NCBI GenBank assembly: GCA_037968515.1
Contig: JBBKVQ010000273.1
Location: 1 to 59,214, forward strand
Direction: 5' to 3'
Length of the DNA stretch: 59,214 bases
Origin: Bradymonadaceae bacterium
GTDB taxonomy: Bacteria > Myxococcota_A > Bradymonadia > Bradymonadales > Bradymonadaceae
The position numbers and the translations under genes are program-made. Shown here one piece after another: positions 27,262-35,790 of the stretch (the first letter of the stretch is position 1; each line of letters opens with the position of its first letter). The notes beneath the pieces are model-generated. The model saw only the letters and a list, made by a program, of their open reading frames with translations, did not search any database and was not told where the DNA came from.

Positions 27262-28569
27262 TCAGTAGACTGGTGCACCCTCGGCAAGGATGCGCGCGTT
27301 CAGGGCTCCTATTCCGTACGCCTGATAGCCGAAAAAAATTGTGTTTCGACGGGCGGGGTCCAGGTAATACAACTCGATCCTCCGCTGAATCTCGGGGTCA
27401 TGACTGCCTAGGTGGAGCCATTCGTGAAGACGGCCTCCCAAGCTGCCGGGTAGGCCATAGGGCCCAGTAAACGAGCCGGCGGTAGGGTCGGTTCCGTCGA
27501 CATTTTGATGGTAGGCGCCGTCGAGCGCACGGTCCCAAATGACATCTAGCAGGGTTTTAATAAGGGCGGTGACGTCGTCATCAGTCCAGTAAAGTTGTTG
27601 GTCCGCCGCTGCGTTGATGAACGAAACGATGGCCCCTGCGTGCGAGGTGTCTTGAATGGACTCCGAGGGCGATGCACCCCAAACCTGAGACCACGTATAT
27701 GCGCCCGGATGGTCTGGATTATCGGCAAACTGGTCGCGAAGGTTTGAGGGATAACCAACCATCGTGCCGTGCGAAATATTATCGAACACCTCGCGGTACT
27801 TTGCGTCGCCCGTAATCAAAAACAGATCCATGCCGATTCGGGCCCAATGACTCGCCATATGGGTGCGTGAACGATAGAGGTTTCCAGCGCCCTTATTCAG
27901 CCATTTTTCCCAGATATCTTTGGTCGAAAACTCAAGCAGCGCATCGAAGCGCGCTTGATAATCAGCGGTCGCGAGCAGCGCTGGCGAGTCGTTCATCACG
28001 CGAAGCAGATGAGTGACCATTCGCCAATAGTAGGAGTCCCAAAGTGGATAGGTCGATCCCGCATTTGGCCCGGGCCAATAGCGGAAGCCGTCTGGCTGTA
28101 GCTTGGCGTCGGCCACAGTATTTTCGATCAGACGTAAAGTGGTGTCTAGGTACGTATTATCGCCGGTGGCTCTCCACATCGAGACCAGCCCATCGATGCA
28201 GTAGGCAAAGAAGTAGTGCTCTTGGTTGGCGCCGGTCGAAGTCGACAAAGCCTCGCAATCTTCCGCAGGACGTCGCGGATTACTGAACTCCTGGTCAAAG
28301 AGCACCTTCCACTCGGGGACCGTCATGGGGCAATCAGGGCCCTCGCAGGGGAGTTCCGCATCGGCTACGTCGCTCGTGGCGTCGGGCGATGCGGCGTCGC
28401 TTGCGTCTGGGGTTGCGTCGGGTGATGAGTCGGGTGATGCGTCAGTTAGGTCGTCTGCGTCGGTTGTGCTTGCATCAACCTGTCCAGCATCCGCAACCAA
28501 TGGAAGGTCGTTGCTGCAGGAAAAACAAAACGTAAGGGCAACGCCCAGAAACAACGGCAGGATTTTCAT
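27262..28569 (-). CDS. Secreted lipoprotein with an Asp/Ser/Pro/Thr-rich tether and a helical (alpha/alpha-toroid-like) domain (function unknown)
   Basis: 435 aa. The signal and lipobox 'MKILPLFLGVALTFCFSC' is nearly identical to that of the upstream neighbour. The tether is 'DASTTDADDLTDASPDSSPDATPDASDAASPDATSD', and the C-domain is rich in W, Y and helices. Confidence 0.6.
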   Translation of the reverse strand: MKILPLFLGVALTFCFSCSNDLPLVADAGQVDASTTDADDLTDASPDSSPDATPDASDAASPDATSDVADAELPCEGPDCPMTVPEWKVLFDQEFSNPRRPAEDCEALSTSTGANQEHYFFAYCIDGLVSMWRATGDNTYLDTTLRLIENTVADAKLQPDGFRYWPGPNAGSTYPLWDSYYWRMVTHLLRVMNDSPALLATADYQARFDALLEFSTKDIWEKWLNKGAGNLYRSRTHMASHWARIGMDLFLITGDAKYREVFDNISHGTMVGYPSNLRDQFADNPDHPGAYTWSQVWGASPSESIQDTSHAGAIVSFINAAADQQLYWTDDDVTALIKTLLDVIWDRALDGAYHQNVDGTDPTAGSFTGPYGLPGSLGGRLHEWLHLGSHDPEIQRRIELYYLDPARRNTIFFGYQAYGIGALNARILAEGAPVY

Positions 28570-28617
28570 TCTAAAACCAAGGCGATGCGATTTTTCGGTT
28601 CGGATAACCTGCGTACC

Positions 28618-30843
28618 TTAGGAGCTTCGACGCCGACGGCGCAAGATCCCCATCCCAAACAAGACCAAAAGAATCATCGATTCCGCGGCGTGCCCCTCTC
28701 CTACCGAGCAGCCACCGCTTGAAGTCTGAACGCCGTTGTTCACGCTTTGTTGCTCGGGATCTGTTTCATCGTCCGTAAAGTCCGTGCCCATATCCAGAGC
28801 GACTGGTTCGTTAAGCTGCGGATCACCCGGGTCAACCGTATCGCCTTCGTCTCCTGGGTTGGTCATCACCAAGGCGGGCGGAGGTTGTAGAGCCGCGTTA
28901 TGCGTCCAAACCCCGAGCACATCGACAATTAGGTGAGCGCGAGAGCTTGCAAAAATACACAGGTTTCCGTTCATGCCGACGCTCGAAACCGTCAACGTAC
29001 CGACCGGGCTGTTTGGCGGAAAATTCAACGATGAAGTGTTGGGCACCGAACCGCCACAGGGGAAAGCGCTCAAAAATCCGTTCTGCGTTGCCCCAACGAC
29101 GGTCAGGTTTGCGGTGACAGCCCAAACCCCAGCCGGCATCCCGGGCAGGTCCTGAATCGGCAGTTCGATAACTTGGCGATCTCCGAGTCGATTGGTGAAC
29201 AAGCTGGTGGCCGAGCGCGTATCCAAGAGGCGTTTTGGAGCCAAGGGTTGATAGGATAGCGGGCCATCGGCCGAGAAATAACCAGCGACATCGACGATCA
29301 CATGAGCCTCTTCCAAGGACCACAGGCAGAGCTTGCCGTTCGTAATCTTCGAGACCACGGAATTGGCGACCACACTGTTTGGGGCATAGTTGAGGTTGCT
29401 AGTGACCGGAACGTTTGAACCACATGCGAACGCCGTAATGAACCCTGCGTTGGCCCCGCTTAAGGCAGCGATCGTTGCGACGACTCCAGTTGCACCAGCC
29501 GGGGCCCTCACGTCGACCTCAAGAATGGTGCCCGGTGCAATCGGAATTCCTGCAGACCGAGTGTCCAGAACACGGGCTGGAGGCGTCGAGGTCAAGCCGT
29601 CTCCTGTTGGAGCAAATGCACCGGTCAAATCGCCGATTACATTCACATCCCGAAGGGCGTCGATGGCGATTCGATTGCCTGTTCCCAAAATCACGGGGAC
29701 CGCGTTGCCACGGACTTCGCCGGCGGTAAAGTTCACGCTCGACGTCTCAGGTGCCGGAGTGTCGGCCGGAAATACGGTCAAAAAGCCGGCCTCAACTGGT
29801 TGAATGGCTGTGATGTTCATCCAGACAGAGCTTGCCGCGCCCAACAAACCCGGAATCGCAACGATATTGGTTCCCGCGGCAGTCAGCGGTCCGGACGTGC
29901 TGCCGTCTCCCCGAATCACCTGTGTGCTGGCTCCCCGGGTGTCAAAAACGCGGGTCGGCTCGACGAAGTTAAGTCGACCCGGTGAGCCGCCAACGGTCAT
30001 TGAGGGCAGGACGGCGTTAGCCACGGCGACTGCTGCTGGAGGCTCTGGGGGTGGAGGCTGTCCACACATCGGTGGGTTGCCCGGAAGACAAGCAGCACCG
30101 TAAAATGCGCAATCACCCGACGTGCAATCTTGATTGATAATGCGTGTCCCCTCACAGCGGGCTGTGCATGATCCAACTGAGGCGCCCGAGGTGAAAAACG
30201 GCGTCAAACGTGCGGCACCAGCCGCGCTTAATTCCACATGGATATGGTTGGTATGGGACAGGGAATTGGAGCTTAACAGCCCAAAACCTCGCTCGCCATT
30301 CCAGAAAGCTCGGTCCCAAATCACGCGTTGGATGCCAATAAATTCGGCGTTTTCGACCAGCCAGTTGGCAACAGGGTCGCCCAAACCATTATTGGCATCG
30401 CCACCCTCCAAGGGCACCATCAGGTCGATTGCGCGCCCTACGGCGTGGACCGAGAGCTTGGGCACGCTGGTTGTCGCGCTGTTCTGACGGCAGCAATAAA
30501 GACCACCTGAGGTGAGCGACGCAAACCTACCACGAATGTAGCTATCGAGTTCCCTGGTGCCGGCATGAGCGGGTGAACACGACGGATGACGACAGGAACA
30601 AGCAAACGCGTTGCTCGAAGTGCAGGAACCCAACGGAGAAACCGCGGGCGGATCAACCACGGGCACATATTGCGTTGCGGCAATTGCCTTTGTGCTTGCG
30701 GGGGCCACCCAAGGGCCGTTCACCCGTAACTCGTCCACTCTTGTGGTGGCTTTACTGGTTTTTGGTTCGATGTCGTTTGTGTCGGCTACGCCGCAAGCAA
30801 CGAGACTAAACGAGATCATAACAAACAGGAATGAACGAAACAT
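28618..30843 (-). CDS. Secreted lipoprotein with a LAS/M15-like zinc-hydrolase motif domain, a Cys-rich linker, three repeats of a roughly 115-aa beta domain, and a MYXO-CTERM-like tail
   Basis: Lipobox 'SLVAC'. The motif 'VHAVGRAID' is H-x6-D and 'HTNHIHVE' is HxH. Three repeats each contain '(V/L)(F/L)DTR(G/S)', 'GF(L/I)(T/S)(V/A)F' and 'SS(V/L)NF'. The C-terminus is 'GGCSVGEG..MILLVLFGMGILRRRRRSS'. Confidence 0.7.
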   Translation of the reverse strand: MFRSFLFVMISFSLVACGVADTNDIEPKTSKATTRVDELRVNGPWVAPASTKAIAATQYVPVVDPPAVSPLGSCTSSNAFACSCRHPSCSPAHAGTRELDSYIRGRFASLTSGGLYCCRQNSATTSVPKLSVHAVGRAIDLMVPLEGGDANNGLGDPVANWLVENAEFIGIQRVIWDRAFWNGERGFGLLSSNSLSHTNHIHVELSAAGAARLTPFFTSGASVGSCTARCEGTRIINQDCTSGDCAFYGAACLPGNPPMCGQPPPPEPPAAVAVANAVLPSMTVGGSPGRLNFVEPTRVFDTRGASTQVIRGDGSTSGPLTAAGTNIVAIPGLLGAASSVWMNITAIQPVEAGFLTVFPADTPAPETSSVNFTAGEVRGNAVPVILGTGNRIAIDALRDVNVIGDLTGAFAPTGDGLTSTPPARVLDTRSAGIPIAPGTILEVDVRAPAGATGVVATIAALSGANAGFITAFACGSNVPVTSNLNYAPNSVVANSVVSKITNGKLCLWSLEEAHVIVDVAGYFSADGPLSYQPLAPKRLLDTRSATSLFTNRLGDRQVIELPIQDLPGMPAGVWAVTANLTVVGATQNGFLSAFPCGGSVPNTSSLNFPPNSPVGTLTVSSVGMNGNLCIFASSRAHLIVDVLGVWTHNAALQPPPALVMTNPGDEGDTVDPGDPQLNEPVALDMGTDFTDDETDPEQQSVNNGVQTSSGGCSVGEGHAAESMILLVLFGMGILRRRRRSS

Positions 30844-30948
30844 GATGGATCCTCGTGTTTAACAACGAGATCTCAGTATCGACGCAGCGGACCAAAAACG
30901 CCACTGACCAAGACTGACATCAATCATGTACCGCAAAACAACCCATCG

Positions 30949-31467
30949 TTAGTTCTTCGTGATCTGCCCCGTACCACTCGCGTCCGGGGCTTCTCCGCCA
31001 CCAGTGAGCATCGAGCACTTCAGATCCGCAAACGTGTACGTCGCCACGAATTTTGTTCCGGAATTTTCGGTGATCACGATTTCTAGAGGCGGCGTTTCGC
31101 CGTTGCCAAGCGAGGTGAATCCGCAATTCGGCGCACCAGGAAACCCGGTGAACTGAGTAGAAACGGTCTCGGCAAAAGTGCCCACGTCGCCTTCAGCCAA
31201 ACCTTCAATCGTGAGCTGGCCTGTGCCCGCTGTCGACGAAAACTGAACGGTCAGACTGCCTGGAGTCGTCCGGATCAACTTCGTGGTTGCTCCGGAAAGC
31301 TCTGCTTGGCCGTCGACCTTCAAAACCCAAGTTGGATCAGCGTCAACGGCGGTGTTGTTTGCCGTCGTATTATTATTGGTCGTGTTATTCGTGCTGTCTT
31401 TCGTGTCGTCGCCACAAGCGTTCAACAGAAGCAATGCTACGACCGAAACTCCAAAGATTCTTTTCAT
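30949..31467 (-). CDS. Small secreted lipoprotein with an Asn/Thr-rich tether (hypothetical)
   Basis: ATG at 31467 follows GGAGA with 6-nt spacing. It has lipobox 'LLNACG' and the tether 'STNNTTNNNTTANNT'. Confidence 0.6.
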   Translation of the reverse strand: MKRIFGVSVVALLLLNACGDDTKDSTNNTTNNNTTANNTAVDADPTWVLKVDGQAELSGATTKLIRTTPGSLTVQFSSTAGTGQLTIEGLAEGDVGTFAETVSTQFTGFPGAPNCGFTSLGNGETPPLEIVITENSGTKFVATYTFADLKCSMLTGGGEAPDASGTGQITKN

Positions 31468-31523
31468 GCCAGTTCTCCAAATCAAGTTGCGGGCACTTTA
31501 CCGGCAGAACATCAAACCTCAAG

Positions 31524-31551
31524 TTTTGGCTGTCGTCTGAAGCAGCCAAAA
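31524..31551 (-). terminator. Stem-loop downstream of dbpA (9-bp stem 'ttttggctg'/'cagccaaaa', 10-nt loop); weak terminator candidate
   Basis: A perfect inverted repeat is visible 11 nt after the dbpA stop. There is no clean U-tract on the minus strand, so terminator function is uncertain. Confidence 0.3.
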
Positions 31552-31561
31552 TTTTCGGGCG

Positions 31562-32935
31562 TCACAAATAACGGGCTTTGAAACTGCGCTTCTTGATTTT
31601 CCCGTTATTGATCTTCTTCAATGCTTCCGGAGCGACAGCGCGTTCGATGGCGATATGTGTGACCCGGTCGCCCACCGAGATTCGTCCGATGGAATCGACA
31701 TCAAGGCCCAAATCACCCGTCAGCGCCCCGACGATATCGCCTGGGCGAATTTTGTCCTTTTTCCCGCCCATCAACATAATGGTGCGCATTCGTGCGGAAT
31801 CGGGCGCATCGACGTCCTGCGGAAGTTTCGAAACCGGTCGAGGATCCACATCCTTGAGCAGGTCAATTGCTTCGACTTTCCGGTCTTCTCGCGGTCCCAT
31901 CAGGCTAATCGCAAGCCCTGATTCGCCCGCGCGCCCAGTACGACCTACTCGATGCACAAATTCGGAAATATCGCGCGGCAGCTCGTAATTGATCACAGCA
32001 TCAAGTTCATCGATATCGATGCCGCGAGCCGCAACATTGGTCGCGACCAGCACCCGCACGCTGCCATTCGAAAACAACAAGAGCACATCTTCGCGATCTC
32101 GCTGTTCCATGCCGCCGTGTAGGCCCATCACAGAAAACCCAGCGTCGCTTAGCTTCCCCCTGACCTCGTCCACGGTGTCTCGCTGGCTGCAAAACACCAC
32201 TGCGGAATTTGGGCGATGGTAGTTCAGCACCCGCGTGAGCGCCTCGAAGCGGTCAACGGAGCCTAACTCGTAAAGAATCTGGGTAATATCGGGCGCGGCG
32301 GACTCGTCAGCCACCGAAACATACGCCGCGTCTTTTTGCAGTGTTTGGCTGAGTTCCATCACGTCGTCGTGGGTCGTCGCCGAAAACAAGAGCGTTTGAC
32401 GGCCTTTGGCGGTCGCATCGACCACCGTCGACACGTCTTCGACAAAGCCCATATCCAGCATGCGGTCGGCCTCATCCAAAACCAGAGTTCTGACCATCGC
32501 CAGATTCAATGATTCCTTTCGCAAATGGTCCAGGACCCTGCCCGGAGTCCCAACCACGACGTCCACGCCATTTTCCAGCTGAGCGCGTTGCCGCCCAAAG
32601 GCTGTGCCTCCGGTCAACACCACCACATTGGTGTTCGCCAGCGGACGTGCAAGCCGCCGTATCTCCTCGGCGACCTGCGAGGCGAGCTCGCGGGTGGGGC
32701 ACAAAACCAACGCGCCCGGCAATTGGCTTGCTGGAGTGATGCGTGAAAGCAAAGCCAGACCAAACGCAGCGGTCTTGCCCGTGCCAGTGCTGGCCAAGCC
32801 AATCACATCTTGGCCTTTCAGCATCAGAGGAAGCGCTGACGCTTGAATGGGCGTCATTTTGACGTAACCAAGTTGGTCGAGGTTTTGCAGCCAAGACTCT
32901 TGAAGTCCAAGGTCGGCGAAGGATGTAGTGCTCAT
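31562..32935 (-). CDS. dbpA: DEAD-box ATP-dependent RNA helicase DbpA (23S rRNA-specific)
   Basis: The Q-motif region is followed by 'ASTGTGKTAAF', 'DEAD', 'SAT' and 'HRVGRTGRAG'. The C-terminal roughly 75-aa DbpA-type RNA-binding domain contains 'GGKKDKIRPGDIVGAL'. Confidence 0.9.
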   Translation of the reverse strand: MSTTSFADLGLQESWLQNLDQLGYVKMTPIQASALPLMLKGQDVIGLASTGTGKTAAFGLALLSRITPASQLPGALVLCPTRELASQVAEEIRRLARPLANTNVVVLTGGTAFGRQRAQLENGVDVVVGTPGRVLDHLRKESLNLAMVRTLVLDEADRMLDMGFVEDVSTVVDATAKGRQTLLFSATTHDDVMELSQTLQKDAAYVSVADESAAPDITQILYELGSVDRFEALTRVLNYHRPNSAVVFCSQRDTVDEVRGKLSDAGFSVMGLHGGMEQRDREDVLLLFSNGSVRVLVATNVAARGIDIDELDAVINYELPRDISEFVHRVGRTGRAGESGLAISLMGPREDRKVEAIDLLKDVDPRPVSKLPQDVDAPDSARMRTIMLMGGKKDKIRPGDIVGALTGDLGLDVDSIGRISVGDRVTHIAIERAVAPEALKKINNGKIKKRSFKARYL

Positions 32936-33103
32936 GGTCTAATCTGGGGTCGGGCTGGCCAATGATCTGACCAGATACTGGTGCCCGATTATCAGATCAC
33001 GCACAAACACGCCACCAGACGGCCAACGAACAACGCTACAATAATTGCATGAATGCCGTGCGGAAGTTACAACCAAGGCTCAGACATCATCCACGGATTT
33101 CAC

Positions 33104-33841
33104 ATGCGTTTGGCCGTTCTCATCTTTAGCCTCCTTGTCCTACTCTTGCCTGGAACCGCCATGGCTCAGTATGTCGACAGAGACGACGAAGCCCGCTTTG
33201 AAAGCGAACTCAACCAAGACGAGTTCATGATGGTCGCTCGATTTCGAGCCGTGGCCATCCCGGGATTCATGCTCGGGCTGTTTTTCGACGAACACGCCAC
33301 GAACTGGCAAGACCAAACAAATTTTGCCTACGGGGCTGAGTTTTCGTGGCGACGCGACGAAGATTTTGAAATCGGTTTTGCTCTTGATTACGCAGACCTG
33401 ACCATGCCGTCGCAATTCTGGCTTTCTTCGGGTGATGCCCCCGAGGACGGAGACTGGACCACGGTCGACGCCAAGCTCATGAGCCTTGTCATCACCTCAT
33501 ACTGGTTCTGGAATCCTAAACCTTGGCTATCGCCCTACGTTGGCGGCGGAATCGGTGCCGGCTTGATGCTAGGCGATGTCCTCAAATACAACCCTAAGCC
33601 TGGCTCCCCCTGCCGACAGCCCGGCGTACTCGGACCACCCGGTTGTTACTCACAAAACGGTGAGCCCGACCTTGAGAACAACTTCGACGCACCGGTCAAA
33701 GAGGACATTCCTCCTGTGATCCCGGTGATCAACATCGTGGGCGGCGTGCGCTTCAATATTAAGAAACATGGGGTCATCAAACTGGAGCTCGGGTTTCAGA
33801 ACTACGCATTTGCAGGAATCGCCGCAGGCGGACAGTGGTAA
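33104..33841 (+). CDS. Outer-membrane beta-barrel-like protein (hypothetical)
   Basis: Sec signal 'MRLAVLIFSLLVLLLPGTAMAQ', alternating-hydrophobic strands, and a C-terminal aromatic residue ('..AGGQW'). Confidence 0.6.
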   Translation: MRLAVLIFSLLVLLLPGTAMAQYVDRDDEARFESELNQDEFMMVARFRAVAIPGFMLGLFFDEHATNWQDQTNFAYGAEFSWRRDEDFEIGFALDYADLTMPSQFWLSSGDAPEDGDWTTVDAKLMSLVITSYWFWNPKPWLSPYVGGGIGAGLMLGDVLKYNPKPGSPCRQPGVLGPPGCYSQNGEPDLENNFDAPVKEDIPPVIPVINIVGGVRFNIKKHGVIKLELGFQNYAFAGIAAGGQW

Positions 33842-33848
33842 GTCCACT

Positions 33849-34421
33849 TTATTCGTTTGCCAAACGAACCTCCGAAATCCCTGTGTAGTCGTAGAGCGAC
33901 GAATCCACCGCAAACCTATCGCCGGTGGTCTTGTTGGTGAAAACCACAAAATCATGGTTCTTGAAGAACGGATGGTGAACGTATTCGTGCACATTCATTC
34001 CAAGAACCCGAATGTACCCAACAGTCGTTTCGGCGGTCCATTCGTCATTCAGCCCCGCAAAAATCTCGGCGGTGAGGTTGGCATAACCCACACAATGCGC
34101 CCTCCCGGTTTTCCTTGTGACGCTCGGTTTCGACGACGTCTTCTCGAAGGTAAAATCCAGTATCGATGCGGTTTCCCTCAGACTCCGCGCCAGGGCCACG
34201 TCAAAAGGCACAAAAACCGTTGGTCGCGCGTACGAAACACGGTTCCGTGTACGAATCGGTTCGTAGGACACCACACCGTAGAAGAGTGGTTTTCGAAACG
34301 CGATCACGGATAATATTGCAATTAACAGCAAAACTAAGATGAGTTGCAGTCGGCGTTTCAAGTTTGCTCTTCCGTTTGATTGGTTGAACGTTAACCCGTC
34401 GAAAGCAAACGCTATTCCCAT
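33849..34421 (-). CDS. Membrane-anchored transglutaminase-like (Cys-protease fold) protein
   Basis: It has a TM helix 'LQLILVLLLIAILSVIAF' and a 'GRAHCVGYANL' Cys motif with downstream 'HEYVHH' and 'NHDFVVF'. The start is uncertain: I chose 34421, and the track ORF reaches 34487. Confidence 0.5.
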   Translation of the reverse strand: MGIAFAFDGLTFNQSNGRANLKRRLQLILVLLLIAILSVIAFRKPLFYGVVSYEPIRTRNRVSYARPTVFVPFDVALARSLRETASILDFTFEKTSSKPSVTRKTGRAHCVGYANLTAEIFAGLNDEWTAETTVGYIRVLGMNVHEYVHHPFFKNHDFVVFTNKTTGDRFAVDSSLYDYTGISEVRLANE

Positions 34422-34438
34422 CCTTCTGGTGCACGTCC

Positions 34439-35590
34439 ATGATAAAATCGACCACAAAGTCTGATCTTGGCCTAATCGGCAAATCATCCATTTCCGTGGC
34501 GCTTGGCGCTGTCATGAGCATGACATTGATTTCACAAGCCAAGGCTCAATCCGTAGAGGCGATGGTGGGCGGCGAGTTCTGGAAGAACGATGAAACAAAA
34601 GGGCATGCGGTTTTTCTTGTTCATGGCCAGACCCAGGTGGGAGCCACCAACGTGAGCGTCGAGCTTAACACCGACACCCTCACGCTTCGGGTCGAAAAAC
34701 CAGTCGATCAGTGGACGTATGGCTTTCAAACACGCGGTGAACTCATGTTTGCTGGCCTGCTAACCGACTATTATGTCGGTGCCAAGAACGTTCCCGAACG
34801 GACGTTTTCTGCCAGCTATGTCGAATTGCAAGCCGACGCCAAACGAGGGGTCGGCGACCATTGGTTTAATACCAGCGCTGGCCTGCAACGGTGGTTTTTT
34901 CGAGAAGTGGACGCCACCGGTGCGAACTTCGTTTTGCCGGCCGAAGCCTACGTGTTCAAACAACGACTGGGATGGACGTATTGGAAGCTCGCGAATGACC
35001 CATCTTGGTCCGAGGCCCATCGAAGAGGTCGACGACGAATTTCTGGCCTCGCCGTTGGCGTCGAGGCAGGAGTCGATCATCGCAGCCAAGTTCAAAATTG
35101 GGGTGTTCCGTCTGACCCACGCAATCACCCTAATCGGTCGGTCCTGACGTTGAGACAATGGGCGGCAGCGGGCGTCGAATGGACCCCTGGATGGCGCCTG
35201 CAAGTTCGGGAGTGGGTCGGGCTGGGGGATGGTGAAGACGACCTGACTCGCGCTCGAGTGGGCGGCATGAATCCGTATGTCGTTGTGATGCCGGGGCTGC
35301 CGTGGGCGTCATTTTTGGCATCACGTTACGCCGTCGGAGAGGTTTCTCAGTCGATGAAAGTAGGCAAGGACGGAGAAATCGGCGTCACAGCAAATGCGGG
35401 CGTGGTTGAAGACGGCGATCGCGTCGGCGATTTCGACCAATTCTCTGCCTTGGTCGGCGCCTCAACATTCATCGACTGGCGCTCCGGCGACTGGCAAATC
35501 AACGCTGCCTTCGGGGTTTCTCCCGACGTCGGCTCGCTGTCGATGAAGCTGTCGTTGAGCACGTATGTGGATGTAGGTTTTTCTTTCTAA
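34439..35590 (+). CDS. Outer-membrane beta-barrel-like protein (hypothetical)
   Basis: 383 aa with the signal peptide ending 'LISQAKAQ', a strand-like alternating pattern, and a C-terminal 'VDVGFSF' (terminal Phe) OMP signature. Confidence 0.6.
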   Translation: MIKSTTKSDLGLIGKSSISVALGAVMSMTLISQAKAQSVEAMVGGEFWKNDETKGHAVFLVHGQTQVGATNVSVELNTDTLTLRVEKPVDQWTYGFQTRGELMFAGLLTDYYVGAKNVPERTFSASYVELQADAKRGVGDHWFNTSAGLQRWFFREVDATGANFVLPAEAYVFKQRLGWTYWKLANDPSWSEAHRRGRRRISGLAVGVEAGVDHRSQVQNWGVPSDPRNHPNRSVLTLRQWAAAGVEWTPGWRLQVREWVGLGDGEDDLTRARVGGMNPYVVVMPGLPWASFLASRYAVGEVSQSMKVGKDGEIGVTANAGVVEDGDRVGDFDQFSALVGASTFIDWRSGDWQINAAFGVSPDVGSLSMKLSLSTYVDVGFSF

Positions 35591-35790
35591 TGAATTCACG
35601 GGAGGGACCATAATGCGGACGAGGCGGGCCGCGCTAACCCGTTCATACGGGCTGGGTTTCGAACCTATGTCCCCGAAATGTGTCAGTTTTTTGACGCCAG
35701 GTCAGTCTATTTTTACCCTTTCTAAGGGTCGTCTTAGTTGCTATACCGTGCACCATATCGGTCAGAAATAAACCTCATTTAGGAGTGGAA

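Noticed and set aside
35654-35665. tRNA T-arm-like 'gggtttcgaacc' in the 200-nt leader of the giant gene
   Set aside because: The flanking bases do not form the 5-bp T-stem, and no acceptor, D or anticodon arms can be drawn. It is not a tRNA.
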